A stretch of DNA of 60,972 bases, counting the filler, from Hausera hauseri (taxonomy: Eukaryota), in assembly GCA_046269625.1 (NCBI GenBank). It is 11 parts of 11 records of this genome, joined end to end, with 100 filler letters (N's around TTAATTAATTAA, not from the genome) between each part and the next. Parts side by side here need not be neighbours in the genome. Positions count along the whole stretch, not along the records: positions 32,849 to 37,220 come from JBJURY010612111.1; positions 37,321 to 41,753 come from JBJURY010584222.1; positions 41,854 to 52,312 come from JBJURY010183305.1; 8 more parts are not named here. One strand, given 5' to 3'. The notes under the pieces were generated by a model. That model was not told the DNA's origin and ran no database searches. It saw nothing but the letters and a program-made list of their open reading frames with translations. Shown here piece by piece: positions 35,598 through 47,999 of this stretch. How positions within the stretch are numbered: the first letter of the stretch is position 1; each line of letters opens with the position of its first letter. The position numbers were made by a program, and so were the translations under genes.

Positions 35598-36428
35598 ATG
35601 GCCCCAATCGAAATCTCTATCCAAAGTACAAACGGAGAAGAACTTATAAACAAAATAATCGCACCTAAAACTAAGGTAAAAAATACATTTCTCGATGTTA
35701 CTGGAATTACGAAGATACAGCTTGAAAAGAGCAAGGATTTCCTAGAAATCCAGGAAGATATAAGCCATTGCTTATATGGATTCATTGTAACCGGATTAGG
35801 AGTGCACAAAATGTTAGAAAAACTAGGAATTAGACAAGAGTATATAGTCGGAATTTGTGAACTAAGTCGAAATCCAGCGGTTGTAAACTGAGTATAAAAC
35901 ATCCTAATGAGGAAAGGAGAATACCTCCTTCCGCCAGCATCACGTAAATCAGAGTTCAAGATGATGTTAGAAGCCATGGTTGGTGAACAATTTAGATTTC
36001 CTAAATTGATGTCGGGAAGTCAACGAACAAGGCTTATAAGAGATATTTATGTCTCACTACGATGGGAACATGAGTGGAAGCCTAGGAACCCTACACATAA
36101 TGTGATGTCTGACAACAACCCAAGAATTCTGATACAAAAATTCCAAAAAGGTTTCAGCGAATACCCAATATATAGACAAGTTGAGCCTCCAGGACACAAT
36201 AGATTCCAAGTAACTATTCATAACAGCCCAGCTATCACAACCAGTAGCCAGCAAAATCCATCGGCCAGCCAAGTCCAAAATGAAATGGTAATGTTCCTCA
36301 ACAAAGCAACGGGAAGTCTGAAAGTGAGTATTGGGGAAGTTCCGAGAGGCCAAAGACGAAAACTTCCTTCTTGGAGTATATTAGCAAGAAGAGAAGTAAA
36401 ACCAGTAAGAATCAGGGTGAAGAAATGA
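35598..36428 (+). pseudogene. Accessory ORF (one frame, single TGA at 35889) with a dsRBD-like, possibly RNase III-like, C-terminal half
   Basis: ORFs 35598 and 35907 share a frame. EFKMMLEAMVG is followed by NPRILIQKFQKGFSEYPIYRQVEPPGHNRFQVTI. Confidence 0.4.
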
Positions 36429-37036
36429 AATCCTCTGCTAGCCGCCTCACGCTGAACGAACAAGCAAACGGATTTAAGGAAAAACCAAAAAGGGAAGAGA
36501 CCGGAAATTCCGACGAGACCAGGATGAGAACTACCGGTACAAAGCCCCTCAAGACAGAAGTAAACGTTCTTCGAAAGAATTGGAAAGCAGACGAACCGAT
36601 CATAGTCACGGAATTTGGTCAAGTAAAAGAATATACCAGAATGCTCGTCATGGCCATATTCTACGTATCCACTGTCCCAAGGAGAATCGTAAGTGGGAAT
36701 GGATACGCTCGGGAAGACATAACCATTGAAAAATACTTAGTTTCAATATTCCAGTCGAAAAACGGTACCAATAGATTAACCATTCCGGTAGATACCAAAG
36801 TTCGAATACAATTAAAGAGGCAATATAAGAAAACCGAAATACCCAACTTAGATCAACAAGAAATAGTTGAATGGACGTTAGTCATCGTGTCAGATGAACC
36901 CAAGAAAAGTTCTATAGACCCAAAACAAAAACGACTATGTGGATTGCGGTGCCGCGGACTTGAGCGTCACAGCGATCCAGCTGCAGCAAGTCAAGTGATT
37001 TACGACAGTCTCTCAAACAAGGAATGTTTTCAATAA
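36371..37036 (+). CDS. Retroelement accessory ORF X (unknown function)
   Basis: A 221-aa open frame with clear homology to about 23460-23860 (minus strand). Confidence 0.6.
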   Translation: MEYISKKRSKTSKNQGEEMKSSASRLTLNEQANGFKEKPKREETGNSDETRMRTTGTKPLKTEVNVLRKNWKADEPIIVTEFGQVKEYTRMLVMAIFYVSTVPRRIVSGNGYAREDITIEKYLVSIFQSKNGTNRLTIPVDTKVRIQLKRQYKKTEIPNLDQQEIVEWTLVIVSDEPKKSSIDPKQKRLCGLRCRGLERHSDPAAASQVIYDSLSNKECFQ

Positions 37037-38129
37037 TTTACATCTTCACGGAAGTTCACCAATTAACAATCTCAAAGTACTAATTGCGATTTTTGTTTAC
37101 TCCAAACGAAGATTATGAAATTATCAGCATCAACGTTCTTTGATTTGATTCCGAAATCAAATATGTACATTACACTTTGACCAAACAAGAAATTCCTTTG
37201 TACAGTGTTTCTTAAAATGTNNNNNNNNNNNNNNNNNNNNNNNNNNNNNNNNNNNNNNNNNNNNTTAATTAATTAANNNNNNNNNNNNNNNNNNNNNNNN
37301 NNNNNNNNNNNNNNNNNNNNCGTCTTGTTATATGACATCTAATAAATACTTCGCTTCAGAGTGCCACAAAACGGCTTAGCTGAAAATGGATAATCAATTT
37401 ATTACAGACGAATAAAACGCCCTTATATGTTACTTCCTTCTATCCTCAATAGCACTACTTTAAACCGTAATATTCTCCACAGTCTACATGATCATGTCCA
37501 TTGGTTACTCATTCATATTAATGAAATAGTTCGCGAAATTCTTCTACTCTGATTTTATTCGAATTTGTTACTCAACCCTTTAAATGAGACTCGGTTCCTC
37601 CTCGAAGTTTTTGGTTCCTACAAAAGATTTATACGAAGTACCCATCTTTGATTTCCTATTCAAACTTCACTTCTTCAATTCAGGCCCAAAACAAAAAAAA
37701 CAAAACAATAACTTGAAACTGCAACAAATACTTGTCAACATGTTTTTGTAGATATAGATTAAGTAAATCAGTCAGTTGTTTCAACTTTCAGTCATTATCG
37801 ATACAAATTTTCCTATCCTCGGTGTTGGAACTCGACCGTTTACTTGGGGAATCCGGTCGAACTTCAACGGGAGAGGTATAGGTGGATAAAAGATGTATAT
37901 AATGTATATACTATATAAATATAAGTGTATGTGTATGTATGAATGTATATACGTGTGCATATGTTTGGTTACACTGTTTGCATCAAAAATCGGGTTGTTG
38001 AGGGTTGGATTTGTTGAATGTATGATATAAAAATGAATTGCGTTATAAGTGAATGCAAACAACTCCTGGCAGCATTCGCGGGGACGGGGGAATGATGACG
38101 GTGACAAGAGATATAAACGAGACATTAGA

Positions 38130-38880
38130 GAATTATTGAAGAAGCCGCCGAAGTATTAGAAAGTCACCTTTTAGGACCGATAAATTCCGGTTGCGAACAG
38201 CTGATTTGATTGGGGATCATAAACAGTTAAGATCGAATCCGTGCGTTTATACTATAGAAAAGAAATAAGAATTGGATATACGCCTTTCGAACGGCCCGCA
38301 AAAATAGTTTGCCTCCCGAGACCCTAGAGTTTCATCATTGAGTACGTCCGGAAATTTCAAAAATCATGACATTTACTTTACAAAGATCATAAAAACCATG
38401 AATCGGCTCTGAAATATCCGGACGTTCTCCGTATTGTGTAACAATTGTGCTTTTCAATCAAATGATCACAGGGAAGCGGTTGTTTTGAAAATGGCATAAG
38501 AGGTTGCCCCAATGGTCATGGATGTAATTTGAAGTGTTATGAAAAGTGTGTCTCTTGTCAAATTCCTATTGAGAAACCAATACCTAAATGTGGTCATAAA
38601 CAAATAGTGCCTACTGGAAAATCCCTTCAGAAAATGATTACAATGAAATTTGCGATCGCTTGTTATCTTGTGGTCATAATTGTCTGAGATTGTGTAAAGA
38701 ACTATGTGAACCTCTTTTTAACGGAAGTGTCAAAGCGTTGTAACGATTGTTATCATGAAGACAGATATCATTGTACCGATATCAATTTCATTTGTAAACG
38801 ATTTGTGGAAAAATTAGGCTGTGGTCATTATTACACCGGGTCATGTGGAAGATGCCATAATAAGCAATTACATATTTGCT
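38130..38880 (+). pseudogene. ZNFX1: ZNFX1-like (Upf1-type helicase plus NFX1 zinc fingers) pseudogene with internal deletions
   Basis: IIEEAAEVLESH and LIGDHKQLR, followed by Cys-rich CPNGHGCNLKCYEKC..IPKCGHKQ..CDRLLSCGHNCLRLCKELC. Confidence 0.7.
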
Positions 38881-39144
38881 TGTAGAAAAGTGTGATATTT
38901 CGCAGCCAGCGAGCACATTCGTAACAGTGTATGTTCACGAATTTATCCAAATTTAAAAACAGCAAACTACAATTGTACACAAGATTACGAAAAATATGTA
39001 AAGAAAATGACGAAAACAACAAACCATAATTACATACAAAATAATGACACAGAATCTAGAAGAATGAGGCCAAATTTGAAAAACCCCTTTTGTTTTAATC
39101 AAAAAGGCCTCAAGATCATTCCGTAATAACATAGAAAAATATAT

Positions 39145-39175
<31 letters not shown>

Positions 39176-40080
39176 AATTATATAGATACAAATCATTGTA
39201 TGTATATATATATATCTCAATATAAATATTGAATAAAAATAATTGAATTTTGAATTGAATAAGCTTTAAACGCTGATTAGAAAATTTTGTACCGATATAG
39301 AACAATGAAGACAAGTTTTTATGAAAAAATTTCAAATTACTGGAAAATTTGTACGGGGATGAATGCGATTTCGAATGTACATTACGCACATAAATTCTCT
39401 CCAAAAGAAACGGTGAATAATGATGGAAAAAAGGCTCTAAAACATTATCAAACAAAAGTGTCCCAAACGTTTTGCTTCCATCTACAAATGCAACATTGTT
39501 TTCAAGCGAGAGAAATTATGTATTTTGGTATACTCAAAGAAGGTACAAAAGGACTATACCGGTACAGTTTTATTTGTTATATCGTTACAATAATGAGATT
39601 CAGTAATCTAACAGACATTTAGGCGTTTCTCGAAAAGTAAACCTAAAAAGGGGAACAATCGAGAGGCAATTGGGAAATGTCTAATTATGGAGATTATGAC
39701 AACAAATATGGATACGTTATCAGAGTTTTCTGAGGGTAAGTGTGACATTATGATGACAAAACTAATGACACATATGGAGAACGGAAAGTTAGTCGTTAAT
39801 GTGATAAGATGTTTCTATTTGCTGCTTCAATTTTATTGCATTTGTTACCGGTCCGCTTTGGCAGTATAACATTTTCTCTTTGTTTTTTATGATTTCGTAC
39901 TTTTTCTGTTGCCTCAGACTTTTGAAATACAATTGGCATCCAGCAAAGGCGTTCGTTGGTGATACATTTTGCCATTATTCCGACACGACTTTTGCCGTCG
40001 TTTTGATTCTAGGCCATTTCGGCAAAACACTTCTTTTCTTTATTCTTTAGATCATAAATTTCATCTATTCTATTCAACAA

Positions 40081-41753
40081 TTGTTTCACTTTATTCTTTG
40101 TACACGACATCGTTTTTCAAGATATCTTGCAACGGTTGACAAAGTTACTCATTCTACATCGAAATTTAAATTGGCTTCATTGGGCAAAATTGGTAAACTA
40201 CGCTTTTACGTTCTGAAGTATTTCACACTCGTAGGAATTCGTGAACTCGACGATGACCACATAGAAATTAATAAAATGGTCCAGCCACCTTGTGGCATTG
40301 TTAATTACACACCACTCGTACCTTGTCTTGAAAAACCTACCAAACCCAATACCGAACCATCTATGGAAATTAATGGATCTGTAATGAGACGAGGTGGAAT
40401 CGAGACACATTATCGCAAAGCAACCCTCTTAACTTCGAATGACCACGTTGAGATACCACATTACTCGGCTTGCCGTCTATCATCACAGTTTTCATTTTAC
40501 CTTTATGTCAATAATAACTTAATACAGACCTTACATGTCACACAGCGTATGGAGACATTACAATTATACGCTCTCATTCATAATACCACCGCCTTCAGCG
40601 ATTTCTATTTGACTCACAATGGCCTCATTTTAACTGACCTCCCACACATCATGTCTTCATATTACTACCTATGTATTCGTATCCATCCTAGAATCCGCGG
40701 CAGTATGAATTCTTCACCAACCAGCGACACAACAAATAAGCTGATCACAAAAACTAAACCCATTCTTTACTATCCAAAATCAAACTATCTACCTACTTCA
40801 ACCAACACTACCTTCTCTCATAAAAAACCTACAATTGCACCCTTACATTGCTCTGAATACTTTACAGACAACGAAAATTCTAGCAAAACTTGGCTCCACT
40901 TTCATAAACTCTGGCTTCAATCCAACGGCATTACAGACTTGTTAACCAAAGCCCATGATCTACTCTACCTTCTACCAAACTCTATAAAGGCCTCAATCCA
41001 TAACTTACTGGACATTTTTCAACACGCTGACCCTTATACCCAATTGTTCGATGCTCTGTTAAAACTGACAGAACCACCAATTGATTCTATAATACAATGC
41101 TTCTTTAACGAAAACGCAATGGGGACACAAAAACCTAATGATTTCCTACGCACCTCGTTGGCTCACTTACGTACTCTAGGCATCACCAAGGAACATAATC
41201 CGGATCTACTTCGACGATATTTTCTTAACGCTTTACCAATTCAAATCAGGGCTTTGCTTACAGTTGTTGAAGATTCTACAGCCTTAGATAAACTAGCTGA
41301 ATTGGCCGATAAAGCACACGAAGTTTTACAAATCCAATCACAACCCATTATACCAGCCGCTATTATGACCGATGACAGTAAACGACATACATCTATCGAG
41401 CACCAATTGAACCAATTACGCGCCGAAAATGCGGCATTACAACACACAATCAACACCATCAATGATAAACTGAATGACCTTTCCTTACATCAACGGAATG
41501 CTTCCTCACCTCATCGAACACGTTCTCCTTCCAGAAATAGAACACCTTCACCAACGCGGTCATTCATATGTTATTACCACAACAAATTCAATAACAAAGC
41601 GAATAAATGCTGTTTAGGGTGTAGGTATTATTCGTCGAATCTACACTCAGATAACATAGTTTGCATCTATCATGCAAAACTTGTACCTAATGCTCGAAAT
41701 TGTATTTCAGGCTGTAACTATAAAACTAACAATAACTATACCACTGATAAATA
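40081..41753 (+). CDS. CsRn1-like Ty3/Gypsy Gag with an N-terminal ubiquitin-like domain (40489-40704) and tandem CHCC fingers; 3'-partial
   Basis: Open frame. Gag core QKPNDFLR..LLRRYFLNALP..LDKLAELADK; fingers CYYHNKFNNKANKCCLGC and CIYHAKLVPNARNCISGC. Confidence 0.8.
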
Positions 41754-41860
41754 NNNNNNNNNNNNNNNNNNNNNNNNNNNNNNNNNNNNNNNNNNNNTTA
41801 ATTAATTAANNNNNNNNNNNNNNNNNNNNNNNNNNNNNNNNNNNNNNNNNNNNTAGCGAA

Positions 41861-42315
41861 ATGAAAAGATTGAGAAGAAGTTTACCATATTTCCAAGCTA
41901 TTGTTAAATCACCAAACAGATTTAGATGGGAACTTTTACATTCCATGCCTAAATTTGTATTACATGACTTCTATGAGGTTTTGCAAAATATTATTGAAGG
42001 TCGTATAGATATAGGTAAAAGGAAACCATTATTTAAAAAATATAAAGATGTGTTAATGAGTTTTATGAATGCACGATCATTGGATGGGAAGAGACGAGTA
42101 CTTTTAGAACGTATCCTATTGATGTCATTTGGTGAAACTACACATAACCCGATGAAATCAGGCACAAGTATCAAAAAAGGTGAAAAAAAGGTGAAAAGTT
42201 GGTGGAAAAATATTTAGGAACAAAACCAGGACAGCAAACGGGAGAAGGATTTGCTTTTTTCGCTATTTCGGCAATAATTGCAGCACTAAAACCAGTCAGA
42301 AGTCTATTTGATTGA
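41861..42315 (+). pseudogene. Polinton pX-like small protein (second family), frameshifted near the C-terminus
   Basis: EVLQNIIEGRIDI..DGKRRVLL; the shifted frame gives QQTGEGFAFFAISAIIAALKPV. Confidence 0.6.
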
Positions 42316-43056
42316 CAAAAACAATTTCGAGCAATAATTGAATACACGGAGAGACAGTTTAACGCAATAATGATTGCAATACTTTAATTCTGTATGATAT
42401 TATATGTTCGTAGTTCTTTAACTTTTCTGTTTTGTTTGTGAGTTAAATGAACAAAAATAAGGATGGCTAGATATTATAATTCAAATGTGTTTTGATAAAT
42501 ATTTCTATAAATGCCTGTTCAGACTCCGCTAAAAAGCTGTTCTTATCATATCAACAATGACGGCATTTCCTGCACAAGTTATTTACCACGGATATTCATT
42601 GGTTTCGTTTTGGGAATTACTTATGCCAGAAGTGGTGATAATACAAAAATTATTATCCAATACTCTGGAAATAGTGGAAAAAAGCACTATTCTGAACATC
42701 TACGCAAGAAAATTGTGCAGTATCAAAATTTATACTTTTCAAAGTAACATTTACCTAATATCATAGAAAATTTCTGTTCACTCGCAACAAATAGCAAAGC
42801 TTCCATAAATTAGATACATCAACAGTAATGGGTGTTTTATTGACAAAAAGACCGAAATGTGATAAACTCATCCTTTTGCATTTCCGAATGATTCCCAACA
42901 CATCTCTCATTCGATGAATATTTTCATGTATATTTTAACACAAGACTCTATCACTAAATGATAACAATGGAATATTCCATACAACATAAATCATTTGTTA
43001 GTTCGGTGATGTATTCGATGGTTTCAATATATTGATTTAACTATTATTTTTCTAGA

Positions 43057-43928
43057 CCTCCGATACGAACCCAACGATTAGAAAAATTCTACAGATAATT
43101 CTTTTGGTTATCGTGCTTTTTGGTATAACTGGAAACTTTCTGATATTCTTTTATGTGTATGCCGAAAAGTCATTAAGAAAATTCACGAAATTTCTATTTG
43201 GTGTCGAAGCCGTATGGGATATTTCAATATTGATTGTTATGGGTACGAGGTATTATTTACTACTATCGAAAAATTATGATATTCGAGAAATCAGTCGTCA
43301 ATTAAACAACCTGCACATGTTCATAACGCATACTTGTCGAGACTGCTCCATTTGGTGTTTATGTGTTTTATCCTTGGAACGACTGTTTCTCGTCATTTTC
43401 CCCACCAATATATTCATTCGGAGATTGTCCTATAAAGAAGCAATTACGGCCACTTGTTTTGTACTGCTCATCGTCATTTGTAAAAATTGCTCATTTTTCT
43501 TTCTCGAAACGGATAATTTCGAAAAGTCTCTTATCGACTTGATTTTCGGTGTTATTGTTCCATTCATTATCATAGCATTTTCTTCCATGATAATTATTCG
43601 TAAATTGAAACAGCAAATGGTACGACTTTCCCATGGAATGAACGTGATGAGTTCCGGTCATTGTTCTGTTTTTGCTGTAAAAATGGTATTGCTTACATCA
43701 TTTTACTCCTTACTGACGATTGGGCCAAGTAACGTCATATTGATCCTTCGGACGTGGAATGTGATCAGTATCCAAGGGATGCAAATGAGACTAACATACA
43801 GTGCTTGTTCCATATTGGCCATTTCAAACAGTGCGGTAAAATTCTATTTGTATAATCTGTCATCTCGATACACGAGGACAGTACTTCTCGAATGTCTCAA
43901 AAACGTCCGATACCGGAAGTTTAATTAG
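43057..43928 (+). CDS. Class A (rhodopsin-like) peptide-type GPCR, 7TM exon
   Basis: Acceptor tttttctag ends at 43056. TM1 GITGN, TM3 SLERL, TM5 VPFII, TM6 IGP, TM7 SNSAVKFYLY. Confidence 0.8.
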
Positions 43929-45419
43929 AAAACAGACGTGGTATTTTATGATATTGATATTCAAAAATTTGTTCCATTTGGATATTTTGTAACATAACTG
44001 AACTTTGAATGATCAATAAACGTTAGTTAGTGTCATGATTATACTGTTTACACAGTTTTCTGTTGAATTATCAGTGAAAATGCGAATGTTTAGGAACATT
44101 TCGAATGCTAAGATTAGGTAGAATTGAGCGCACTAGGCCAAGCCTACCACTCCCTGTGAGGCGTTGAATCTAAGTAGTTCGGAGGTGAAATTAATATACA
44201 TGCGTGGTTAATGCACATAGTTGAGTGGGATACACACAAGCAGGTATAATGTACGGAGTAGGTAGAAGTGTCCTCGCCACCGCATTCTTCTGATTGGTCC
44301 GCCGACCACTGATTGGCTATTCCGATCATTTCACTAAAATTTTCTCACGATCCCTTCCCCCTGCCCGAAAAGGAGGTCGAGCAATGGACTTCGGACGAAA
44401 TGATATCGATAGCGCGTGGCAAGGTGAGTAAAAGTTATTAGAGGTGCGGCTTACAGAATTGTAAAGGAGAGGCGCTAGAAGAGGAAGAAGTAAAGGAGGA
44501 AATTGTCACATAAGAGGAAACATGTTGTTAGCACCAAGAAAATATGTACAAGGGGTAAATCGATATTGGCGATAGCAATGGACACAGTTGCAACGTTGTC
44601 TGCCCATGGGAACATGGAGAAAAGCTGATGGGAAAATTTCAAGTGGACAAAATTTCTCCTAGCACAAATCAGGCGGTGGTGGAAATGGGTTGATCACGTG
44701 GCCCATCGATAGTTGAGCATTTCATATTATAAGCGCCTCACGATCGGACGATTGTAAGTCTGTGAAAATCGTCGTTGAAAATCATCATTATCATCATCAA
44801 GTCAAGTTTGAAGTTTGTTTGTTTTTTGCTTACAAAACCGATAATCGATTATTGTGGTGCCGCGAACTCAGGCACCACCGCAATCCGGCTGCGTTGAGTT
44901 CTATGGTCCGAAACTGTAAATAAATGACCTGGATTTTGTTAGTGAAATTTGCTGTTTCGAGAATATAGTCCAAAGAACATTAAAGGTTAAATGTTTTACA
45001 AATGCCCTTGTCAGTTAAATCATTAAATCCGATCGTTTTCAGTCTCAAATTTTGGGATGCAAATTTTGTCCGTACTGTATCCAAGAAATCATTAAATCCG
45101 ACAAAACGAAATGTTGTCCAGATAACGGAAAGTTATGTTCACGAAAAATATTGTATATCAGTTAATGGTTATCTAATGCCGTTACAAACGATCAAATAAT
45201 GCAAGTTATATGTAAAATGTCAGAATAAATTTTATTTCATTTATGAATCTTCAAAAACAATAAGTATACATTTGGATAATTGTGATTGAGTGTTGTTGGA
45301 CAAGTACCATATTTGTAAATATGTATGTTCAGTCTTCTGTAAATGTTTTTGTTTTAATATGCACCAAGTAGAGACAAAAAGAAAGGTTTCTTTTTGAATT
45401 TGATTTTTGAAAAAGATTG

Positions 45420-47030
45420 ATTATTGTTCAGAATATTCAATACATTCTTTTGAAGTCATAGTTTTTGTGATATACCATTCGAAATCTCACGCAGAAAACG
45501 TCGGAACTCAGCCAGTTAGAAGTGAAATTGAACACAATTTCTGCTGAATCCAAAACGTACCGATCAAAATCTATCAATTATTTCAATCATATAACGAAAT
45601 TAACGGACAAAATCGCCGATATAAAGCTGAAAATCGGTCATTAACAACGGAAATCGGTCAATTGCAGAAACGCAATGCCGATATTTTAACGCAAACCGAA
45701 GTGGAAAACATTAAAAGCAATCCGTTGATAATGAAAAGCGATTCAAACGAAAAGTCGAATCATTAATGAATACCATAAAACAAATGAATTTCGAAATGGA
45801 AACCATAAAAACCGAACATGAAACGAAACAATGGGTTTGAAACAACAGCACGTTAAAGATTTGAATGACGTCAAATTGAAATTGAAAACCGAACGGCAAT
45901 CCAACACAACTCGGAGTAATTATCTGCAATTGGAAATTGACAATATCAATCAAACGTGGGAAAAGAAATTTTACGAATACCGTCAAATGGAATCACAGAA
46001 ATTCGTGGAAAAGAATCGCGAGTTGATGTTGAAGAACTCTGAATTGTGTAGTAAACAAGCGGAATCCGATGAAAATCTATTGGTAATTCACAATAAAGTC
46101 AGTGAATTGACGAAGAAAAACGCCCTATTACAACGGCAATCAAGGGAATATGGATCGACATCAAAGGAGTTGAAAGATCTCCAACTGCGTTGTACAGAAC
46201 TGACCACGAACAACGAACGACTATCCCATGAAAATAACGTTCGCCGTCAAAATACCGAATCGGAATCAAAACGAACAGAACAACTGCGTCGACAATTGCA
46301 CAATGTTATGAACGAAAATCGGCCACTTTTGGACAAAACTGAAAATTCTATTTCTTCGACATTGTCTAATGATTATTTGAAAGACGAAATTAAGAAAATA
46401 ATAAACACTATTTTCCGCCATATCAAAACCGATTTCAATTCGACTGAACGATACAGTGGAAAAGATGTGATCAACAAGTGTATAGCGATAATTCGCGATT
46501 CGACAATGTCGATTATTAGTGACAAAAAACAATCGGTCGATGAAGATGATATTGAGGAAGAAGAAAGCGAAGAATCGAGTTCAGATGAATCGGAAACAAA
46601 AGTGCGACCAACCGACTTTCCGTTAGAGTCTACTCCTATTCTTAATAATGATCAAAAGACGAACGAAATGATCAATGATGATGACACATTTATTACTCTT
46701 AAAAACAACAACAGTGCCATTTCTAGTCCGCAACTAAATTATGCTATTTTATCGCTCGATAAATCCGATGAGAAGTGCAGTCAAAATTTGAATGAAAATA
46801 AAAATACGAACGAAATGTCATTGGCAGTTGATGGGTATTCACGTGACGTCAACGATGACAAGGCATTTGAGACCGTTGTGAAAGGCCCTTCCGATGCTGA
46901 AAATTATACTTCGGATTTTGCGAATGATGAATCAATTGAAAACGAATATAAACCGGAAATACAAAAGGTCAGTGGTGATCCTAGTAATTTGAATTTGTTC
47001 CCCAAAGATTACGAGGAATTCTCCGAAGGC
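45420..47030 (+). pseudogene. FKBP15: FKBP15/WAFL-like C-terminal coiled-coil region
   Basis: A coiled coil followed by EIKKIINTIFRHIKTDF..RYSGKDV..IIRDST, resembling FKBP15 VKKIMNQVFQSLRREF, then an acidic tail. The 5' part is frameshifted. Confidence 0.6.
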
Positions 47031-47860
47031 CACTATTTCGTCAAAAAGACGGTAAAGAGAGGTTTACTTCCTGCAGATTTTACGTCGGTTGAAAATTTAG
47101 CTAATACATTTGAACATGATCCAACAGCAATATTTATGTCAAGCACGTATGTTTGAAAAACTAAAGCGATTGTTGTGTATTCAACACCTTTTCCTCTCGG
47201 TGTAGACGTTATAGATTCATCAGCACAATCATTTGGCTTATTATTTCCAAAAATTCAATCAAAACACAGATTGCAAATTCCTGGACATTTTTCAGATTAC
47301 ATTCGTCAACCTAAGTCCATGCGACAGCAAGTTACCCAAATTAATGATCGACTAAAGACGGATGGCGACGTAATTAGTCGAACTGCTCAGGAAATTAGCT
47401 CTCCGGTTGTGCAAGTCTGGCCATTGCATGCTGTAGCTTTAATTGCAGATTCTGGAGCTTTATCTCTTCTTTTACAATCTCCTCCATCACTAACTGATAT
47501 TCATCAATACCTTGGTAAAGTTCTGAGTGCAGTAATAACAACTTGGGTTTGAACTTCAAAGCCATTCTCCCACAATTATCAGACTCAGAACGTCTTGCAC
47601 AGTAAGTTGTTCAATTTTGCAAGTACATCCTGATTCTTTAGTTCTAGCTGAACCAGTCTCTTGCGTTCAGCAACTTCATACGTTTGCTCTATGTAATATA
47701 AATCTTTCATCATTTGTTTCTCATTTCACGATGGCTTATCCAGTCCCCATTTGTTGCTACGGCGAGCTGTGATTGCGTGTTTACGACAATTGTCCCAAAA
47801 AGAAAGTCCAAAGGAAATTTCCGAAACCGTTTCTCTGATTCTCAAGGATAAGCAATATAC
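47030..47860 (+). pseudogene. HEATR5B: HEATR5-like gene fragments with multiple internal deletions
   Basis: FEHDPTAIF, PFPLGVDVIDSS..KHRLQ, VQVWPLHAVALIADSG and LLRRAVIACLRQLSQKE. Confidence 0.75.
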
Positions 47861-47999
47861 AAGTAGCAAAAATTGTAGTATAATTCCCGGGAAGTTTCCT
47901 AGAGGTGTTTCTTCAAACTTGACAATTGCAGCTGTTCTTGATACGGGTTTTAAGAAAAGGTCGGTGAATTTACTATACACCTATTCCGTAACGATTTTT

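Noticed and set aside
39340-39790. EGF/DSL-like Cys fragments (ENLYGDECDFEC)
   Set aside because: Too short and too disrupted to assign.
44085-44720. Possible solo LTR or retroelement fragment after the GPCR
   Set aside because: The composition shift is suggestive, but no diagnostic termini or protein motif could be confirmed.
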